Source: Candidatus Multivorans sp. | GTDB taxonomy: Bacteria > Acidobacteriota > Thermoanaerobaculia > Multivoradales > Multivoraceae | Length of the DNA: 64,000 bases | Assembly: GCA_965224025.1 (NCBI GenBank) | Contig: OZ245033.1 | Span: 4,832,001 to 4,896,000, forward strand | Reading direction: 5' to 3' | Shown: positions 58,691 through 64,000 of the stretch, in pieces | Layout of the letters: every line of letters begins with the position of its first letter | How positions within the stretch are numbered: position 1 is the stretch's first letter | Position numbers and translations under genes: made by a program | The notes under the pieces: model-generated | The model's database searches: none | What the model saw: only the letters and a program-made list of their open reading frames with translations | What the model was told of the DNA's origin: nothing

Positions 58691-58996
58691 CTACACCGTG
58701 GCTTCCAGATGCGAGCCGGATTGCAGGGTTGGCAACCGGGCGATCGCCGGTCCGTTCTTCTGCTCCGCCAACCGCAATTCGTAGAGTTTCTGGAGATTCA
58801 GCCAGAACTCCCCCGACGTGCCGAAGAACCGCCCCAAGCGCAGGGCCGTGTCGCCCGACACGGAGCGCCGACCGTTGAGAATCTCCGCGACCCGATTCGG
58901 CGGCACTTCGATCCGCCGCGCGAGTTCCGTCGCGCTGATTCCGAGGGCGTCCAGGTCCTCGCGAAGCGTCTCGCCGGGATGGATGGGCTCCCGCAT
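58691..58996 (-). CDS. higA: HigA-family antitoxin (no adjacent toxin)
   Basis: PIHPGETLRE, ELAR...NRVAEILNGRR, ALRLGRFFGTS.EFWLNLQ..YEL. Confidence 0.88.
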   Translation of the reverse strand: MREPIHPGETLREDLDALGISATELARRIEVPPNRVAEILNGRRSVSGDTALRLGRFFGTSGEFWLNLQKLYELRLAEQKNGPAIARLPTLQSGSHLEATV

Positions 58997-59057
58997 GCTT
59001 CATCTCCAAGCGGCGCTCCGCAGGCTCACGGCTCGCTCCGATTCGAGGGGCGGCGGT

Positions 59058-59273
59058 TCATGGCTCTTCGCTGCAGCGGAACGCCTCGGTATCGGTGATC
59101 GCCCAAACCGACGTGAACCGCGTATCCGCGGCTCCACTGCCGGCGTTCGCGGTCCACTCGTGCGGTACGCCATCGACCGGGGTCTAGACCGTGACGCGAT
59201 AGGCGAGATCCGTAGCCGGCGCCGAATACAGCCAGCGATGGCCGGTCAAGCCGCAGGCGTCCAGCAGCTTGAA
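59058..59273 (-). pseudogene. Fragment of Thermoanaerobaculia-type extracellular repeat domain with internal stop
   Basis: [33 protein letters not shown]...AITDTEAFRC resembles, from memory, the KVLDGC..NG..WVF...TD...AITDT.AF domain. Confidence 0.55.
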
Positions 59274-59405
59274 CGGCGGCGGACTCGGACAGCTTCTTCT
59301 GCGGCGCGCCATCGGGCCGTAGTGGACGATCCTTGACAAGGGTCCATGCACGTCAATGTTCAGGATCATTTCAGGACTGGACAACGCTGCGTACACGCCG
59401 GAACC

Positions 59406-61253
59406 TCAGCGCAACGGCAAGGCGTAGCCCAGCGCGTGGACGGCACTGCGGAACTTCTTCTCGGACTTCACGGGCACGGACAGGCCGCGCGGGCCGGATC
59501 GCAGGCAGTACTTCGCCGCCTGAGGGTTGGCCGCGATCCGGTCGGCAATCCCGGCGTCCGCGCACTCGATCAAGAGTGCGTTCACGGGCGGCTTCAGGGC
59601 ATGCATGCCCCGTTCGATGAGTCGGAGGAACCCTTCGACTTTCTCCGGCAACGGCTGTTCGTCGCGCGCGGCCAGGAACTTCCTGAACTCCGCCGGCTCG
59701 TGACCGTGTTCAAGCGCCGTCAGCGCACGGTCCAGGTTCAGACGCCAGACTCCTTCCACTTCAACCAAGGCGTAAGTCTCCAGCAGGAGGCGCTCCGCCG
59801 GCAGCAAGGGGGCGGACGCCCGAACGCGAAGATCGGGCAGGACGGTCAGTGCGCTGGGCGTCGGGAGATTCGAAGGCTCGTACCGCCTGACTCTGCCAAG
59901 ACACCACGCGCCGAGCGGATTGACGCGGAAGAACTCGAGACCGTCGTAGCGGCTCAGGAAGTCCAGATCGTCGGCCCCCCACCGGGATACCCAGTCGAGT
60001 CGGGCGTTCTCCGGAGCAGTGAACGCGACATCCACGAGACCCAGGGTCGCCGCGTACTCGAACAAGAAGCAAAGAAGGTAGCGCGCCTCGAGCTCGTCGC
60101 CAGCGCCGGCCGTCTCGTAGCCGAAGTTGCCGTACTCCGGGTCCACGATGTAGAGACGCCACGGGTTCCTCGTCACTTCAAAGTCCCGGCCTTTCGCCTT
60201 CATGAAGCGGTGGAACTCGTCGACCTCCACCCATCTCCCCGTGGGGCACTCCGCAAGGACGTCCACGATTGCCTTCCTGCGTTCGCGCGGCGACGTCATC
60301 GCCTGTCGACCGCGGCCCCGGAACTGGCCCTTCACCTCGTCGATCCGATTGAACTCGTCCAGCAGGGTGTTCGCCAACCACCGCTTCCAGATCCGCCGCA
60401 ACGTAAGCGCGGGCCGCGCGCTGCAGGCCGACCGGCCGGCCGGCGTGAGGGCCAGCTTGCCGCGGGCCGGTTCGGCCAGTCCGCCGGCCTGGACCAGCCA
60501 AGGCCAGGCGTACGCCCTGATGGCGCCGATCAGCTGGCGCGACCGACGGCCCTTGCGCTTCGACTCCAGGAAGTAGTCGCCACCGTGCAGGACTTCCCCA
60601 AGGAGCTCGACCGTTCGCGACGAGGGCCGACGTGTCTTCGGGCCGACGGCGAGCTTCCCGTCGTCGATCAGACGCAGCGTTGCGAACAGGTCCTCGACGG
60701 CAGCCTCCTCCATGTAGCGACGAACCAGCGCCACGCTCTCGAACTTCTCTTCGCCTTCCGTGACAACCCAACGTTGCAGCCGGCGCTCGATGAACTCCGG
60801 GCACTCCTCGACGGTTTCGAGAACCGGTTCCGGCGGCCGAGGCACGAACTTGCGCAGGCGGTCCGCGAGATCCGAAGGGACGACAACCAACTCGAGCAGG
60901 TGGCGCTCAAGCGGGAAGAGAAAGAAGCGCAGGACCGAGAAGTCGTACGAGCTCGCTACTCGGTAGCCTTCCGGCATGCGGCCATGCTCCGCCCGGAACT
61001 GCCGCGCCTTGAAGCGGCAGGTCGGGCCGTGTACGGCTTCCGCCACGGCGAGCCGCTGGAGATCGTCCATCCGCGACCACAACTCCCTCAGCTTGGCGCC
61101 ATCGAGGCAGCGGAGAATAGCCTTCACGATGTCCACCTTGCGGGTCGGCTTGGGCGTCGGCACCGGGAGCTCCCGCATCATCGCCTGCAGCCAGTCGACG
61201 TTCATTCCGGTGAGGGCCTCCTTCAGGCTGGCCGGGCCGAGTCGGTAAGCCAT
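59406..61253 (-). CDS. Helicase-associated (XPB/Ssl2 N-terminal, Helicase_C_3-like) domain protein
   Basis: LDEFNRIDEVKGQ, LFEYAATLGLVDV, FRVNPLG.WCLG, LTVLPDLRV; no helicase Walker motifs seen. Confidence 0.7.
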   Translation of the reverse strand: MAYRLGPASLKEALTGMNVDWLQAMMRELPVPTPKPTRKVDIVKAILRCLDGAKLRELWSRMDDLQRLAVAEAVHGPTCRFKARQFRAEHGRMPEGYRVASSYDFSVLRFFLFPLERHLLELVVVPSDLADRLRKFVPRPPEPVLETVEECPEFIERRLQRWVVTEGEEKFESVALVRRYMEEAAVEDLFATLRLIDDGKLAVGPKTRRPSSRTVELLGEVLHGGDYFLESKRKGRRSRQLIGAIRAYAWPWLVQAGGLAEPARGKLALTPAGRSACSARPALTLRRIWKRWLANTLLDEFNRIDEVKGQFRGRGRQAMTSPRERRKAIVDVLAECPTGRWVEVDEFHRFMKAKGRDFEVTRNPWRLYIVDPEYGNFGYETAGAGDELEARYLLCFLFEYAATLGLVDVAFTAPENARLDWVSRWGADDLDFLSRYDGLEFFRVNPLGAWCLGRVRRYEPSNLPTPSALTVLPDLRVRASAPLLPAERLLLETYALVEVEGVWRLNLDRALTALEHGHEPAEFRKFLAARDEQPLPEKVEGFLRLIERGMHALKPPVNALLIECADAGIADRIAANPQAAKYCLRSGPRGLSVPVKSEKKFRSAVHALGYALPLR

Positions 61254-61256
61254 CGT

Positions 61257-61934
61257 TCAGATCCTCCGCCTTCGCCCGCGGATCTCGAACTCGACGGAGC
61301 CGGTCTTCGGGTCGGCTTCGATGACCAGGGAGCGGCCCTGGAACCAGGGGCCGGGGTTGACGACGCGGGTAGGGCCGATCGTGTCGTCGCCGATCGCTTC
61401 GTGGATGTGGCCGGAGAAGACGAGGTCGGGCTGGTGTTGCTCGATGGCGGTGCGGAGGGAACGCGAGCCGACGTGGTTGCCGCGGGCGAGGTCGCAGGCG
61501 GTGCCGTGGGGCGGCTGGTGGGAAACCAGGATCGTCGGCCGACCCTTGACGGCGGAGGCGTTGTCGAAGGCCTCGGCGGCGACGCGTTCGTAGTCTTCCT
61601 CGGTGCGCTCGTACGGGAGGTCGCCGAAGGGGAGGCCGCCCGAGAGGCCGATGAAGCGGACGCCGTCGACCGTGCGGGCGCGGCGGTCCAGGTCGATGTC
61701 GAGATCCCGGAAGTAACCCTCGACACTCGGCTGGTCGCAGTTGCCGCAGACCGCGAGGACCGGGACGCCGGACGCCTGAAGCGGTTCGACGATCTGGCGG
61801 GCGTGGTCCGGACCCAGAAAGTTGGTCAGATCGCCGGCGAGCACGACGAGGTCGAAGCCGGACGGATCCGGCAGGCGGGGCGGCCGCTTGCCTGACCAGT
61901 GCAGATCAACCACGCCGAGAACTCGAAGGGTCAA
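61257..61934 (-). CDS. Metallophosphoesterase (Icc-like)
   Basis: DLH, AGD, GNCD, SHQPP, GHIHE, NPG. Confidence 0.9.
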   Translation of the reverse strand: MTLRVLGVVDLHWSGKRPPRLPDPSGFDLVVLAGDLTNFLGPDHARQIVEPLQASGVPVLAVCGNCDQPSVEGYFRDLDIDLDRRARTVDGVRFIGLSGGLPFGDLPYERTEEDYERVAAEAFDNASAVKGRPTILVSHQPPHGTACDLARGNHVGSRSLRTAIEQHQPDLVFSGHIHEAIGDDTIGPTRVVNPGPWFQGRSLVIEADPKTGSVEFEIRGRRRRI

Positions 61935-62042
61935 GGCCGAACCCCCCGCCGCTGCGGGCGTAGATCAACGACGCCCGGAATCCGAAGAGTCACGTCGAAT
62001 CTCCAGCCGCTTGGCCGCGGGGCGAGCTCTACAGCCCCGCCA

Positions 62043-62444
62043 TCAGTGAACCAGCGTGGGAGCCGCATGCGCCGACTCCTGCTGTTCGTCCTCCAGGCCG
62101 TGGGACATGACGAAAACCCACGCGGCCAGACGTTCCCGCTCCGTCTCGCAGATCAGCTCGAAGATGTACTCGCTTTCCTGGTCGCCCTGAAACGACTGCA
62201 CATAGGCGACCCGTTCGCGGTCGATCAGGATCTCGCCGACCAGGCGCTTGCCGTAGACGAGCTGCGCGATCAGGAGGTTGTCGTTCTCGGCCACGAACTG
62301 CCAGTGGAAGTCCTCGTCGTCGCAGAGCAGAGCGTCCGCCGATCCGGCGCGGATGACGCAGTTCGGGTGCAGGACGAGCCAGTTCCAGAACGCGTCCAGA
62401 TCGAGCGTGGCCCGGGAACGCTCGGCCTCGGTGGGGGCTGTCAT
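62043..62444 (-). CDS. Conserved hypothetical protein
   Basis: Plausible coding sequence FWNWLVLHPNCVIRAG...GKRLVGE...FVMSHG; ATG at 62444 divergent from next gene. Confidence 0.65.
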   Translation of the reverse strand: MTAPTEAERSRATLDLDAFWNWLVLHPNCVIRAGSADALLCDDEDFHWQFVAENDNLLIAQLVYGKRLVGEILIDRERVAYVQSFQGDQESEYIFELICETERERLAAWVFVMSHGLEDEQQESAHAAPTLVH

Positions 62445-62486
62445 CGCGCAATCGTATCCAAGGGGAGCCCACGCTAGAGTTCGCCC

Positions 62487-63482
62487 ATGACAAACGGATC
62501 TCCCTGGACTGGACTCGGCACACCGCGCTTCGCGTTTGAACGCGGCCTCCACGACCTCGGCCACGGCTCCTTCGCCTGGCTGCAGCCCGACGGCGGTTGG
62601 GGCTGGAGCAACGCGGGACTGATCGTGAGCGGCGACGAGTCGCTGCTCGTCGACACGCTGTTCGATCTGCCCAACACCCAGGAGATGCTCGACGCGATGA
62701 AGAAGGCGCACGCCGCCGCGGCCGACATCGACCGGCTCGTCAACACCCATTCCAACGGCGACCACACTCACGGCAACGAGCTCGTCGCCGGCGCCGAGAT
62801 CGTCGCCTCGAAGGCCGCCGCCGCCGAAATGGAGGCGACGACGCCGGAGGCGCTCGCGGCGCTGATGCGCGGCGCCCGCGCGAACGGCGGCCTCGCCTCT
62901 GACTTCCTGGTCGAGTGTTTCGGCAGTTTCGAGTTCGAGGGAATCACCCACACTCCGCCGAACCGCACGTTCGAGGGCGAGCTGAGCCTCCAGGTCGGCG
63001 AGACGGCAGTGGAATTGGTCGAGGTCGGCCCCGCCCACACGGGCGGCGACATCATGATCCACATGCCGGCAGATCGCACGGCGTTCACCGGTGACATCCT
63101 GTTCATCGAGGGCGCGCCGATCATCTGGGCGGGACCGGTGCAGAACTGGATCGACGCCTGCGACCTGCTGCTGACCTGGGACCTCGAGACGATCGTGCCC
63201 GGCCATGGTCCGATCACGGACCAACGAGGCGTCGAGGCGATGCGCGCCTACCTCGTCTACATACGCGACGAGGCGAAGAGACGTTTCGACGCGGGCCTCA
63301 GCGCCCGGGACGCCGCATTCGACATCGCCCTCGGCGACTTCGAGTCGTGGGGCGACAGCGAGCGGATCGCGATCAACGTCGATTCGCTGTACCGCGAGTT
63401 CAGCGGCGGCACCACGGACCGCACCCACATGCAGGAGCTGTTCACCCGCATGGCCGAACTGGCCCGCGACAGACGACGTTAA
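62487..63482 (+). CDS. MBL-fold metallo-hydrolase (cyclase-like)
   Basis: GWGWSNAG, NTHSNGDH, AHTGGD, FTGD, VPGHG. Confidence 0.9.
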   Translation: MTNGSPWTGLGTPRFAFERGLHDLGHGSFAWLQPDGGWGWSNAGLIVSGDESLLVDTLFDLPNTQEMLDAMKKAHAAAADIDRLVNTHSNGDHTHGNELVAGAEIVASKAAAAEMEATTPEALAALMRGARANGGLASDFLVECFGSFEFEGITHTPPNRTFEGELSLQVGETAVELVEVGPAHTGGDIMIHMPADRTAFTGDILFIEGAPIIWAGPVQNWIDACDLLLTWDLETIVPGHGPITDQRGVEAMRAYLVYIRDEAKRRFDAGLSARDAAFDIALGDFESWGDSERIAINVDSLYREFSGGTTDRTHMQELFTRMAELARDRRR

Positions 63483-63492
63483 GGAGACTGGA

Positions 63493-64000
63493 ATGGATCT
63501 GGGAATCCAGGGCAAGAAGGCCGCCGTGGCCGCGGCATCGACGGGACTCGGGTTCGGCTGTGCGAAGGCACTGATCGAGGACGGCGTCCAGGTGGCGGTC
63601 TGCAGCCGCAGCCAGGAGCGGATCAGCGAAGCCGCCGCGGAGCTGGGCCCCAGCGCCGTGCCCATCGTCGCGGACATGTCCACGGAGGAGGGCGCGCGTT
63701 CCTTCGTCGAACAGGCGATCGTAAAGCTCGGCCAGGTCGACGTCCTGGTCGCCAACGCCGGCGGTCCGCCGCCCGGTTCGCCGGCGACCACCTCGATCGA
63801 CGGCTACCGCGAGGCCCTCGACCTCAACCTGCTGTCGACCATCGTCATGTGCCAGACGGCTCTCCCCGGCATGCGCGAGCGCGGCTGGGGGCGGATCGTT
63901 GCGATCACCTCGATCGGCGCCCGGCAGCCGATCGGCAACCTGGCCGCCTCATCGGTCGCCCGCGCCGGAGTCAGCAGCTTTCTCAAGACGCTCTCCGCGG
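63493..64000 (+). CDS. SDR family oxidoreductase (partial)
   Basis: MDLGIQGK.A.VAAASTGLG, DVLVANAGGPPPG, WGRIVAITS; runs off window. Confidence 0.88.
   Translation, partial: MDLGIQGKKAAVAAASTGLGFGCAKALIEDGVQVAVCSRSQERISEAAAELGPSAVPIVADMSTEEGARSFVEQAIVKLGQVDVLVANAGGPPPGSPATTSIDGYREALDLNLLSTIVMCQTALPGMRERGWGRIVAITSIGARQPIGNLAASSVARAGVSSFLKTLSA

Noticed and set aside
1-64000. Long antisense or alternate-frame ORFs (e.g. 39-1256, 3049-5151, 26060-28087, 27981-30581, 59346-61895), plus tRNA/rRNA, integrase, transposase and reverse transcriptase genes
   Set aside because: The long ORFs are high-GC shadow frames of real genes; no RNA genes or mobility/RT motifs were recognised

Overview
High-GC bacterial window. 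A degenerate 'KLLDACG...AITDTEAF' domain fragment suggests Acidobacteriota/Thermoanaerobaculia, but this is an inference. The centre holds a complete type I-G (I-U) CRISPR-Cas locus on the minus strand: AAA-ATPase/PD-(D/E)XK gene, HTH-WYL regulator, csb1(cas7), csb2(cas5/6), cas3 with C-terminal HD, a small cas8-like gene, separate cas4, cas1, cas2, leader, then 42 identical 37-nt repeats with 41 spacers. The most notable hidden element is in the cas7 5' leader: two degenerate copies of the array repeat spaced R'-35 nt-R'-35 nt-ATG, a candidate crRNA-mimic autoregulatory module lying below a putative WYL operator. Other highlights are a solitary type I-E repeat beyond the array trailer, two near-identical spacers differing in the seed, an ~1830-aa AAA14/DUF4143-NACHT-nuclease fusion placed between alkA and ogt, a WS/DGAT-lipase-pseudo-WS/DGAT-phasin operon with a PhaR-like box, a stand-alone rpsD with a structured leader, a SelD fusion, sqdB, and a family of modular REP-like hairpins that have invaded gene ends. 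All product calls come from motif recognition; no database searches were run.
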